From IMG/VR virus record IMGVR_UViG_3300014043_000277: a stretch of 64,000 nucleotides of DNA. The stretch is one strand, 5' to 3'. Numbering within the stretch: position 1 is the first letter of the stretch; the number at the start of each line of letters is the position of its first letter. A model generated the notes under the pieces. The model saw only the letters and a program-made list of their open reading frames with translations, was not told the origin of the DNA and did not search any database. The translations under genes were made by a program, and so were the position numbers. This DNA is from a virus. Taxonomy: Duplodnaviria; Heunggongvirae; Uroviricota; Caudoviricetes. Below are positions 19,501 to 28,085 of this stretch, piece by piece.

Positions 19501-21498
19501 TCATTGAATCCATGAGAACACACGATTCCCGGACGTGCCGACGCGCAGATAACCTTCCAGCATCATAATCTGATTATTAGTGAGTCCACATGCATCCATG
19601 CTTCCATAATGAGTTCCGAGCAACCTGTCAGCACCCTGCCGGATGAGTGATGAATCCCTCACATGATTTAATGAACCGGGTTGTGACCAGCATACGCTGG
19701 CTCCGGTAGGTTCAAGTTCAATGAAACCACATGAACGCATGAAAGAATCGCGCATGGTCGAATGATCGAAATCCACATAGGAAATAACAGAGGATGGATG
19801 CATGTCAGCATTGAATGCATTGAATAGTTTAACTGCCGCTCCACGAATAATCAAATCCCTGCGAACCGCATAACGCAGCCATTCCCATTCATAATTCGCA
19901 TTATAACGCGGTTTGCCGAAAGAAGCGACGGCAATGATTTCACCTGCATGCATGAGAGCATAACAAGCGGATTGGCCACGAACATCACCTTGCACATGAT
20001 TCTCACGCAGGAACGCATTGATATCACGGGATTCAACTTTCACCACATTGCAATCATGTGCGGATAGTTTACATGTGATCGGCATGATATGCGATGCAAC
20101 CAGCCCACGCATGGTTTCATAGGAATCCCAATCATAGAACTGCAGATATGGTGTATTCAATGAATCCAAAGCGCTCATAGCCCTCTGATAATGATAATCC
20201 CGTGATACCGGCTTATGCTCACCGCAGGGTTGTGTGCATGAGTTCAGAATGCATTGGAACGGGACATCCATGTTATGAGTAATGGTCGGGTTGATGTCAA
20301 TGATAACATGCCGGTCATTAAGAATGCATTCAATGTCCGCATTCATTCCGTTCCCGATTGATGGTTCAAAATGAATGTCGCAATTTAAATCATTATTAAG
20401 TTTCTCAGCGATATCCCGGTTCAGTTTGCTTATCCTATGATGCGACATGTAATCAGGATCATTCGCCGCCCGCTCCGCTATCGTCTCTGATTTCCTCTGT
20501 TGGATTTCCGGAACCTTGCTTACATTGTCCACACCGTACTCATCAATGAGCGTTTCACGGATGCGCGCTTGTATTTCAGGTGATGAGAACGGATTCTCAA
20601 CGCCGTACCTGTCAATCATCGTAGCGTTTATCTTATCCTTGACTTCCGGTGCCTGCAATGACCAGTCCACGCCGTATTTCTCGCGGTTGGTCGCCATTGC
20701 CTTCTCCTTGTATTCATCAGTCTGCGTATACCAGTCCACGCCGTATTTCTCCTGATTTTGCTTACGTAGATTTTCACGGAACTCTTCTGACTGCATTGGA
20801 TGTTCAACGCCATATTTCTGTTTGCATGCCGACAATGCAGCCGCGCGAACAGCTGGAATATCCAATACGCTATCAACGCCATATTCTTTTTTCACAGTAT
20901 CATGAATCTTATCTTTCACTTCCTGTGATTGCATAGGATAATCAGTGCCGTAATGCTCACGTGATGTTGCTTTCTTCTTCTCCTTGACATCATCCAATTG
21001 GCTTACATTATCGACATCATACTTGTCTTTTATCAGCTTCTTGAAATTCTCGGTGCCGAACTGATAATTCTTATCCGGATTCTCCTCAAATGTTTTCTTG
21101 ATTTTAGCTTTCACCTCATCAGATTGGAATGGATTATCAACACCATATTTTTCCTGCGAATTCCTGCGGCGTGCTTTTTTATCCTTGCCACCGGCATGGG
21201 ATAAAGTCGCCGCGCATTTAGTCGAACAAGTCCGGACAGCCGCTTTCCTGCCATTGGATGTGTCAACAATGAAATCATGACCGCATACAACACAATTGCG
21301 ATGATGTTCCTTAGAACAGAATTTCTGCTGCGCGTATGTAGCCTCAAAATGCTCACCGCATATCACGCATGCCTTATCATAGGTCTTCCTGTTTTTCGCG
21401 CGCGCTTGACGGACGCATTCTTTTGAACAACATGCCTCATGTCCTTTCGGTGTGAACAGCTTACCGCAATTCCTGCATTTCTTCTGTTTCTTAGCCAT
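19501..21498 (-). CDS. Putative homing endonuclease: Zn-finger repeats, YGVD repeats, PD-(D/E)xK-like domain, Mom/GNAT-like C-terminus
   Basis: CxxC...CSxxC repeats; about 10 KYGV-D/E repeats; IDINPTITHN; FLRENHVQG...FGKPRYN..EWEWLRY...ISYVD...GF...GY.RV..SG. Confidence 0.65.
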   Translation of the reverse strand: MAKKQKKCRNCGKLFTPKGHEACCSKECVRQARAKNRKTYDKACVICGEHFEATYAQQKFCSKEHHRNCVVCGHDFIVDTSNGRKAAVRTCSTKCAATLSHAGGKDKKARRRNSQEKYGVDNPFQSDEVKAKIKKTFEENPDKNYQFGTENFKKLIKDKYDVDNVSQLDDVKEKKKATSREHYGTDYPMQSQEVKDKIHDTVKKEYGVDSVLDIPAVRAAALSACKQKYGVEHPMQSEEFRENLRKQNQEKYGVDWYTQTDEYKEKAMATNREKYGVDWSLQAPEVKDKINATMIDRYGVENPFSSPEIQARIRETLIDEYGVDNVSKVPEIQQRKSETIAERAANDPDYMSHHRISKLNRDIAEKLNNDLNCDIHFEPSIGNGMNADIECILNDRHVIIDINPTITHNMDVPFQCILNSCTQPCGEHKPVSRDYHYQRAMSALDSLNTPYLQFYDWDSYETMRGLVASHIMPITCKLSAHDCNVVKVESRDINAFLRENHVQGDVRGQSACYALMHAGEIIAVASFGKPRYNANYEWEWLRYAVRRDLIIRGAAVKLFNAFNADMHPSSVISYVDFDHSTMRDSFMRSCGFIELEPTGASVCWSQPGSLNHVRDSSLIRQGADRLLGTHYGSMDACGLTNNQIMMLEGYLRVGTSGNRVFSWIQ

Positions 21499-21609
21499 GA
21501 TTATAATCGTCTTTTTCTATCCGAATTCGTTATTTGCTTACATTTGCAATGATATCATTTAAATGTAAACAGGATGATTTTAAGCATGTTTTTTGAAATT
21601 TTTATATGA

Positions 21610-21649
21610 AAAACAACCATCAGAATTCCCATTATCCGATGGTTGTTTT
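21610..21649 (-). terminator. Intrinsic terminator
   Basis: AAAACAACCATC/GATGGTTGTTTT inverted repeat. Confidence 0.6.
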
Positions 21650-21681
21650 AATTCTATTTCATTCATGCATGCATTATGCGT

Positions 21682-21870
21682 TCATCGTCCGAACAATTGA
21701 TGAGCGCCGGGTGTTATCGTATCGGCAAGCCGGGTTATGGTATATAATGTCGCATCCCATATCCAGCTGACAACACCGAACGGATCCCATCCGAACACAC
21801 GCAGCACGGCAATCAGCACGGCTGCGCTGATGATGAAAATGAGCAGCCCCTTGAAAAACTTTCCAATCAT
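21682..21870 (-). CDS. Small membrane protein
   Basis: Hydrophobic N-terminus; GAGGT SD; promoter-like TATAAT upstream. Confidence 0.6.
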   Translation of the reverse strand: MIGKFFKGLLIFIISAAVLIAVLRVFGWDPFGVVSWIWDATLYTITRLADTITPGAHQLFGR

Positions 21871-21942
21871 GACAGATACCTCACATTAAAACGATTAACC
21901 TTATAATACATTATATCTATCAGTTATATGATATGAGTCATA

Positions 21943-23169
21943 TCAATCCACAAGTTCCTCCATGTCCTCATCCCAGTCATTACGAGGATCATGCTTGATA
22001 CCAGCCTCGCCTTTCAGTACAGGCTTGTCAAAGCCGGATGAATCACCTGGTGCCTGCAATGCCTGCACTGCCTCCGCGTGCGCCGCAGCCTGCTGTTCGC
22101 GTGCGGCGGCGATGGCTTCAATGTCATCATTGTTATCATCCAATGTCATGTTCTGCAAACCGGCGACATCAGCTGAATTTGTATTCACTGATGGTCCTGT
22201 GGACAATGGCGTCAAATCAGGGTTCAATCCTTTCTTGGCAAGCCAATCGACCATCCATGTGTAATCCTTCGTGAAATACACTTGAATGCGCTGCGGTTTC
22301 TGTCCGACATTCATGACAGCCGCACGGCCTTTTGGTGCCGCAGGTGTTTGTGTTCCTGTTCCATCATCGAACAACATGCTGGATGCAGTTGATGTCAAAT
22401 GTCCACAGCCCGCCCTGAACATAAGATTTTCCTTTAATTCTCCGGGCACTAGTTTCGCGTCTGGTCGCTGCGTGGCGATTAGCAAATGGACGCCCGCAGC
22501 ACGTCCCAGTCGGGCTATGGATCCAATGATTGACTGAGCCTGTCCTTTCAGCTCCATTTCCTTTTTGGCTTCATCGCTTCCCTTGCCGCCACTCATGTCC
22601 AACAATTGTCCACATTCGTCCACCATGATGAGCAATGCGGGTCCGTGGTTCGGCAGGTCCGCGAAATTGTTCACGCCTGCCTTCTGCATCTGATCGTAAC
22701 GGCTCATCATCTGGTCATTGCCGAATTTCAGTATTTCAACTGCGTCCTCCAGTGTCGTTGCGATTCCGAGCACGGTATCCGAGAAAATCGTATACGGCGA
22801 AAGCTCCACGCGCTTCAAATCGATGCCGAGGAATTTGATATCTTTACTGGCCGCTATGCAATGAAACACGCAAAGACGTTGAAGAACCGATTTACCGCCG
22901 CCCGTATTATGCGTCAAAACATTACTATTGACCGCATACAGATGGTCGCATGCATCCACTTTAATGCATCTCACTGGTTCTTTTTCTATTTCCGTGCTGT
23001 TTTTGATGCGATACCATCCGCCTTTCGCACCGGGAATGAGGAAATTGTCCACACCTGCATTCAAAATGTCCTCATATGTAAGATTCTTTATTTCGCTGTC
23101 GCGTTTATCCTTGACTGTCCAGATGTGCCTTCCGTCGCATTTAACTTTCATTGTGTTCATTGTATCCAT
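21943..23169 (-). CDS. FtsK/TcpA-like ATPase, C-terminal half, fused to the C-fragment of a split intein
   Basis: 88-aa intein fragment ending LTHN, then TGGGKS, IDLKRVEL, MVDE and RLGRAAGVHLLIATQRP (FtsK motifs); start 23169 from TGATATT-N8-ATG. Confidence 0.9.
   Translation of the reverse strand: MDTMNTMKVKCDGRHIWTVKDKRDSEIKNLTYEDILNAGVDNFLIPGAKGGWYRIKNSTEIEKEPVRCIKVDACDHLYAVNSNVLTHNTGGGKSVLQRLCVFHCIAASKDIKFLGIDLKRVELSPYTIFSDTVLGIATTLEDAVEILKFGNDQMMSRYDQMQKAGVNNFADLPNHGPALLIMVDECGQLLDMSGGKGSDEAKKEMELKGQAQSIIGSIARLGRAAGVHLLIATQRPDAKLVPGELKENLMFRAGCGHLTSTASSMLFDDGTGTQTPAAPKGRAAVMNVGQKPQRIQVYFTKDYTWMVDWLAKKGLNPDLTPLSTGPSVNTNSADVAGLQNMTLDDNNDDIEAIAAAREQQAAAHAEAVQALQAPGDSSGFDKPVLKGEAGIKHDPRNDWDEDMEELVD
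22906..23169 (-). other. Split class-3 intein, C-fragment (blocks B, F, G)
   Basis: CDGRHIW (block B His/Trp), PVRCIKVD (block F Cys), LTHN followed by +1 Thr. Confidence 0.85.
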
Positions 23170-23240
23170 GTTCATTGAATATCATGTATTTTTCATGGTT
23201 TTCTGTCATGTTTGAACCGATGAATGGTATCATTGCATAT

Positions 23241-24847
23241 ATGGCCGGACATTTGAATATTATGATGACTTCGGATGAGAATCTTATGATGTTGTTTGAT
23301 GTGTCGTTGAATCCGGGTGTGAATCCTGATTCAATCGCGGCTGGTTCTGCTAAAAAGTTAAATTGGCGTTGCGTTCATGATAACAGGCATGTGTTCAGCA
23401 TGTCGCCGTCGAATCTTGTTAATCAGGGATATCGTTGCCCTGCTTGTCTGGGAAACATGTGCATTGCAGGCGTGAATGATCTTGCGACTGAGCATCCGCG
23501 TTTGGCGCGGTTGTTTGATTCCAATGCTAACAATGTGAAGCCATCAATGATCACATCGCATGGACGCGCCGCCACAATCCATGATGAGCATGGCAGGAAA
23601 ATTAACCCGTCATGGATTTGCCGTAACGGTCATTCTTTCAAACGTGCGTTGAAAGACATGGCTTCATTGGATGATTCCGGGAAACTCATGGATTTTGATG
23701 GTTGCCAGTATTGTTCAGGCAGGAAGGTTCTTCCTGGTTTCAATGATGTCGCCACGATGCATCCTGAATTAGTGCCTTATTGGTCGCCTGCGAATAAGTT
23801 GGAACCGACTGATGTTACCAGTGGTTCCAATGAACACATAATATTGCGTTGTCCGAAAGATGGCCATGAATGGACTACGACTGTAAATCGTGCGTGCATT
23901 AAAGGTTTCACTTGCGCTGATTGTGCTGGGAAAGTGTTGCATCCTGGTGTTAATGATGTGGCGACATTGTGTCCATGGCTTGTGAAACAATGGACGCCAT
24001 CAAATGATAAATCACCATCTGAGGTTCGTGCGAATGACAGTACGTATATCGCGGATTGGATTTGCGATGAATGTGGTTACGAATGGCGTGTGAAGGTGTC
24101 ATCACGATGCTATTTCAATTCCGGTTGTCCTGCTTGTTCGGTATTCAATGCAACGGTTAATAAGAATAATTCATTGGCTGCGAAACGGCCTGATATTGCG
24201 AGATTCTTCGATCCTGAGTTGAACAATGGCGTGACAGCGGATGAAATCAGGGCTGGTTCCAGCAGAATATTCAATTGGCGTTGTCCGAATTATCCTGATC
24301 ATGTTTTCACCATGAGCGTATATGCGCGCTGTAAGATGAAAGGCGATTGCGTGTATTGTTCGAATGATCGTGTTCTCATTGGGTTCAATGATCTTGCCAC
24401 GACGCATCCGGGATTATGCTTGGATTGGTCGCCATTGAACACATTGAATCCAACTGATGTTGTCGCTGGTTCTGATATCACTGTGAAATGGAGTTGCCAT
24501 GTTTGCGGATGGGATTGGGAAACCCCTGTGTATAAACGGGCGACGGCAGGGCGCGGCTGTCCGAATTGCGCTCGAATATTGTTGAATTCGGGTTCGAGTA
24601 ATTTTGAGCGTGAAATTCATGATTTCATGCAATCATTGTGTCCGGATATTGGTTTCATTTCGAATGACAGGAAAGTGTTGAATGGCAGGGAATTGGATGT
24701 GTATGCTCCGGATTTGCATATCGCATTGGAATTCAATGGTTTGAAATGGCATTCATTGGATGCATTGCAATCAAGGACTTCGGATGCGTTCAATTATCAT
24801 CAGTGTAAAACAAAGGATTGTCTGGATGATGGTATAATGCTTGCTAT
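23241..24847 (+). pseudogene. Zinc-ribbon repeat / Vsr-like endonuclease gene, 5' part, interrupted by the IS
   Basis: Repeated W.C..GH/CP.C..ND.AT.HP units; SNFE...ELDVY...ALEFNG.KWHS; frame restored (GIMLAMLYEPDW) by removing 24848-26306. Confidence 0.8.
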
Positions 24848-24959
24848 CAATCATGTGAGAGAACACCGCACTTCAGGGCGGTGATGAATCACGCACACAT
24901 AACCAACTCTCTATATGGTGCTTTCAATCGAGAATTATCTGGTATTTTTAAATCAAACT

Positions 24960-24988
24960 TTGCATTATCCAAGAGAATATGATATCAT
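24960..24988 (+). promoter_or_regulatory. tnpB promoter TTGCAT-N17-TATCAT (likely leaderless)
   Basis: -35 at 24960-24965, -10 at 24983-24988, ATG 7 nt downstream. Confidence 0.55.
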
Positions 24989-24995
24989 AGTAAGC

Positions 24996-26258
24996 ATGAG
25001 TTCATACAGGCGCTATAATTATCGTGCATACCTCACGCAAGGTCAACGCGCGGCTTTAACGCGCCTGTATGGAGCGTGTAGGTATGCTTACAACTGGGTT
25101 ATAGACCAACGTGAGATCATGCGCACCCGCCATGGTAAGATGCAGACTTACGCGCAGCTGAGTAGCATGTTCACACAGTTGAAACAAGACCCTGACCACC
25201 AGTGGCTTCAGAAGATGTCATCCACACCGTTGCAACAAGCTATCCGTCATGCTGACACAGCGTATAAGAACTTCTTCAGGCTATATAATGCTGGTAAAAC
25301 CAAGATCATTGTTAATAAGCGCACTGGTAGGAAACGCATCACAGGTAAACCGCGCTTCAAGAGTCGGAGGGACGGCGAGCAATCCGCTGAGTTCACCAAA
25401 GCTGCACGATTCAAGGTCGAGCATGTGAATGGATGCAAGTGGGGTTTTCTAACATTGCCTAAAATCGGACGCATTAAGATTCGTTGGACACGCGATATGC
25501 CGTCAATGCCGAATAGTGTGAGCATGATGAAGCATGCTGATGGCACGTACGAGGTTAGTTTCGTTGTGCAGGTCGATGACATTATTATCGCACCAGAACC
25601 GCTGCATGATTCGTGTGGTATCGACATGGGATTGGATTCTCTCATGAGCATCGTTTACACGGACGGAACCCGTGAGAAAATACCGCATCCTCGCACGCTT
25701 AAGAAACATGCTCACAAACTACGCAAGCTTGATAAACAAATGGCACGGCAGAAGAAAGGTTCAAACAATCATGCGAAAACACGGACACTGAGAGCAAGAG
25801 AATACAGTCATATCAAGAACCAGCGCAAGGACATGGCGTTCAAGCTGGCTTCTAAGGTGGTGGGCGAGAACCAAGCCGTCGCTTTGGAGACACTGAATGT
25901 TAAGGGTCTTGCACGCACCTGTCTGGCGAAAAGCCTGTTGGATGCGAACTGGACTCGCATTATCGACCGCATCCAGCAGCTCGCCGCGCAGTCTGGCAGG
26001 GATTTTCATCAGATTGACCGCTGGTATCCCAGCAGTCAGATATGCTCCGTGTGCGGGCATCGTGATGGTAGGAAACCATTGAATGTGCGCGAATGGCAGT
26101 GTCCTAATTGTGGCGCGTATCTGGATCGTGATTGGAATGCTGCTTTGAATATTCTTGACGCGGCTGGACTAGCCGAGTCATTAAACGCCCTGGCTTGCGC
26201 CAGTCACAACGCTGACGCCAATGAAGCGGGAACCCACCGAACCGCAAGCCTCCATTAA
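24996..26258 (+). CDS. tnpB: RNA-guided endonuclease TnpB
   Basis: HTH N-terminus, RuvC-I GIDMG, RuvC-II LETLN, zinc finger CSVC...CPNC, RuvC-III DRDWNAA; catalytic D-E-D intact. Confidence 0.93.
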   Translation: MSSYRRYNYRAYLTQGQRAALTRLYGACRYAYNWVIDQREIMRTRHGKMQTYAQLSSMFTQLKQDPDHQWLQKMSSTPLQQAIRHADTAYKNFFRLYNAGKTKIIVNKRTGRKRITGKPRFKSRRDGEQSAEFTKAARFKVEHVNGCKWGFLTLPKIGRIKIRWTRDMPSMPNSVSMMKHADGTYEVSFVVQVDDIIIAPEPLHDSCGIDMGLDSLMSIVYTDGTREKIPHPRTLKKHAHKLRKLDKQMARQKKGSNNHAKTRTLRAREYSHIKNQRKDMAFKLASKVVGENQAVALETLNVKGLARTCLAKSLLDANWTRIIDRIQQLAAQSGRDFHQIDRWYPSSQICSVCGHRDGRKPLNVREWQCPNCGAYLDRDWNAALNILDAAGLAESLNALACASHNADANEAGTHRTASLH

Positions 26259-26326
26259 GGCGACCGGCGTAGGAATCCCACACCTTCATGAGTGGGAGGA
26301 AGTCAAGTTGTATGAACCGGATTGGT
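26115..26326 (+). ncRNA. Putative TnpB omegaRNA/reRNA with flanking guide (GTTGTATGAACCGGATTGGT)
   Basis: TnpB reRNAs overlap the tnpB 3' end and the right end; this is the segment retained in the mini copy; 5' boundary uncertain. Confidence 0.55.
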
Positions 26327-26820
26327 TGTCCCATAGTGAGATAACAATGGATTGGCTGCGGCGCTGGTTGGATGTGCCTGCTGTGAGTGCCATGGATGCA
26401 TCATGTTTGCATGTGAAATCATTGAATGCGGGTGATGATGGTTGGAATGATGCGGTTTCATGGTTGTCCGGGAATTCAATTCATCAGCGGATTGGTTCAC
26501 GGACGGTCATGCTCATTGATGATGATTCATGCATCCATGCGTGCATGATGCTGGATGGGAATGTCATTATCGGTTATGCGGAACGGTTGGATGAGAATGT
26601 GAATAATGGTTTCAATATGCTTGTGTCCTATGCGGGTGCCGTGTCCATGCGTTCAATGTTGCCGCCGTTGTCCTGTATGCATGTCGATTCGGTTGCGTTG
26701 GATGGTTCTCCGGTTGCGTATGAGGTTCACGGGAAATCATTGGAACGTGTTGATTGCATTGATGGCAGAGATTCAGTGAATATTATCATTGGTTCCGGTG
26801 ATTATATGTTCCGGTTATGA
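26307..26820 (+). pseudogene. Zinc-ribbon endonuclease gene, 3' part
   Basis: In-frame continuation LYEPDW... of 23241-24847 after IS removal (706-aa reconstruction). Confidence 0.75.
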
Positions 26821-26844
26821 TTCGGATGCGATATAATTGATTAT

Positions 26845-27846
26845 ATGGATACATATTATGATATTGTTAAGAGCGTCATTGAGTCAACTGGCGTTGATTA
26901 TGTTGAGAATGACAAGTCCGTGTGGCTTGACGGGTTGGATTTCGCTGTTCCTTCCAGGAAACTTGCGATTAAGATTAATCGTGTAAGCATTGAGAACAAT
27001 GATGTCACTGCAACCGTTCCTATCCGTGAGCGCGGTTATCATAAGAAAATGCATGATACGGTTGAGAAGGCAGGATGGGAATTGTTGTCATTGGATGACA
27101 GGCAGCTTGTTGATCCGAGCTGGTCGAACATCACGAAACCGTTTATTCTGATGAAAATCGCCGGAACAGCCGAGCATGTGATTTATGGGCGTGATGTTTC
27201 CATTATGCGCGCTGAGGTTTCGGCTGATTTGCGTTATGCGAATGATTTCCTGAAAAGGTATCATTTCGCGGGGCATGCATCCGCACAGGATACTTTCCTT
27301 ATTCGTTGTGAGAATCCGCGTAATGGCGTGCATGTCGGTGATGTCGTTGGCGTGTTCTCATTGCGTAATGTCCGTAATAAACCGGACATGATTGAAATCG
27401 CGCGTGTCGCATGGCGTCCTGGTTATCAGGTTCGTTATGGCTTGTCGAAAATCATCGATGTGATTAAAGAGACTCATCCTGAACGTCATCGTATTCTTTC
27501 ATTCAGCGATAACCGAATGGGTAACGGTCAGTCATATGGCAAGGCTGGCTTCCGTTATGATGGTGATACTTCCCCTTCCCTGTGGTTCATTAATCCGGAT
27601 GATCCGAATGATTCCTATTCATGGCAGGTTGCGACAAGCTGGGGTGCGAAACAGGGTGTGATTGCGAAATCATTCGAGAAGCATGGGTTGACCGTCCCGC
27701 CGAACTGCACGAATCAGAAGGCGCGTGAAATCGTTGAAACCACTCTTCCGCATCGTCATGATGGAGGCAATGGTTACAGGTCATATGTTGATTGCGCGAA
27801 TAAACGATGGCTATTGGATTATGATATGAGCGCAGATAAGAAATAA
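26845..27846 (+). CDS. Degenerate nuclease + Mom/GNAT-like domain protein (paralogue of 19501-21498)
   Basis: LDFAVPSRKLAI; FLKRYHFAG...EIARVAW...LSFSDNRMGNGQSYGKAGF...GYRSYVDC; TATAAT-N7-ATG. Confidence 0.6.
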   Translation: MDTYYDIVKSVIESTGVDYVENDKSVWLDGLDFAVPSRKLAIKINRVSIENNDVTATVPIRERGYHKKMHDTVEKAGWELLSLDDRQLVDPSWSNITKPFILMKIAGTAEHVIYGRDVSIMRAEVSADLRYANDFLKRYHFAGHASAQDTFLIRCENPRNGVHVGDVVGVFSLRNVRNKPDMIEIARVAWRPGYQVRYGLSKIIDVIKETHPERHRILSFSDNRMGNGQSYGKAGFRYDGDTSPSLWFINPDDPNDSYSWQVATSWGAKQGVIAKSFEKHGLTVPPNCTNQKAREIVETTLPHRHDGGNGYRSYVDCANKRWLLDYDMSADKK

Positions 27847-27886
27847 TGTTATCATTTGTTCACATTTACGGACAAAAAGATGGTTA

Positions 27887-27926
27887 AAAATCCGTGGGAA
27901 TGTTTGATTATGTTCCCACGGATTTT
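27887..27926. terminator. Bidirectional intrinsic terminator
   Basis: AAAATCCGTGGGAA/TTCCCACGGATTTT between convergent genes. Confidence 0.7.
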
Positions 27927-28085
27927 GCATGTTTGATAATCGTAATCATTGGTTTGACGATTCATCATTATGACGCAATCAGGATTTGATGATAATGATG
28001 TCGAACCAGGGTTCCGAAAGAATATATGAAATTTCGTAGCGGTGATTATGCCAGCATGGGATTCAATCTATTTTTTATCATCTAA

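Larger units (their letters stand above)
24848..26306 (+). mobile_element. IS200/IS605-family non-autonomous element (IS1341-like, tnpB only)
   Basis: Inserted after GCTAT; left-end hairpin CACCGC/GCGGTG (24864-24883); right-end hairpin CCCAC/GTGGG; terminal TCAA at 26303-26306; no tnpA; no target duplication. Confidence 0.88.

Noticed and set aside
20500-21150. Periodic DNA repeats suggestive of a CRISPR array
   Set aside because: They are in-frame KYGVD protein repeats within a CDS, with no constant repeat/unique spacer structure and no cas genes
24848-26306. IStron (group I intron + IS) that could splice out and restore the endonuclease gene
   Set aside because: Only about 150 nt lie between the left end and tnpB, too short for a group I core, and no intron motifs were recognised
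28001-28017. LexA/SOS-box-like TCGAAC-CAGG-GTTC, or a fourth copy of the 120-bp repeat
   Set aside because: It lies between convergent gene ends rather than in a promoter, and the repeat's hairpin and exact spacing are absent
23176-28085. Group I/II intron as the explanation for the interrupted FtsK gene
   Set aside because: No reverse transcriptase or intron termini; the N-half has a stop and terminator, the C-half has its own start motif, and both carry complementary intein fragments
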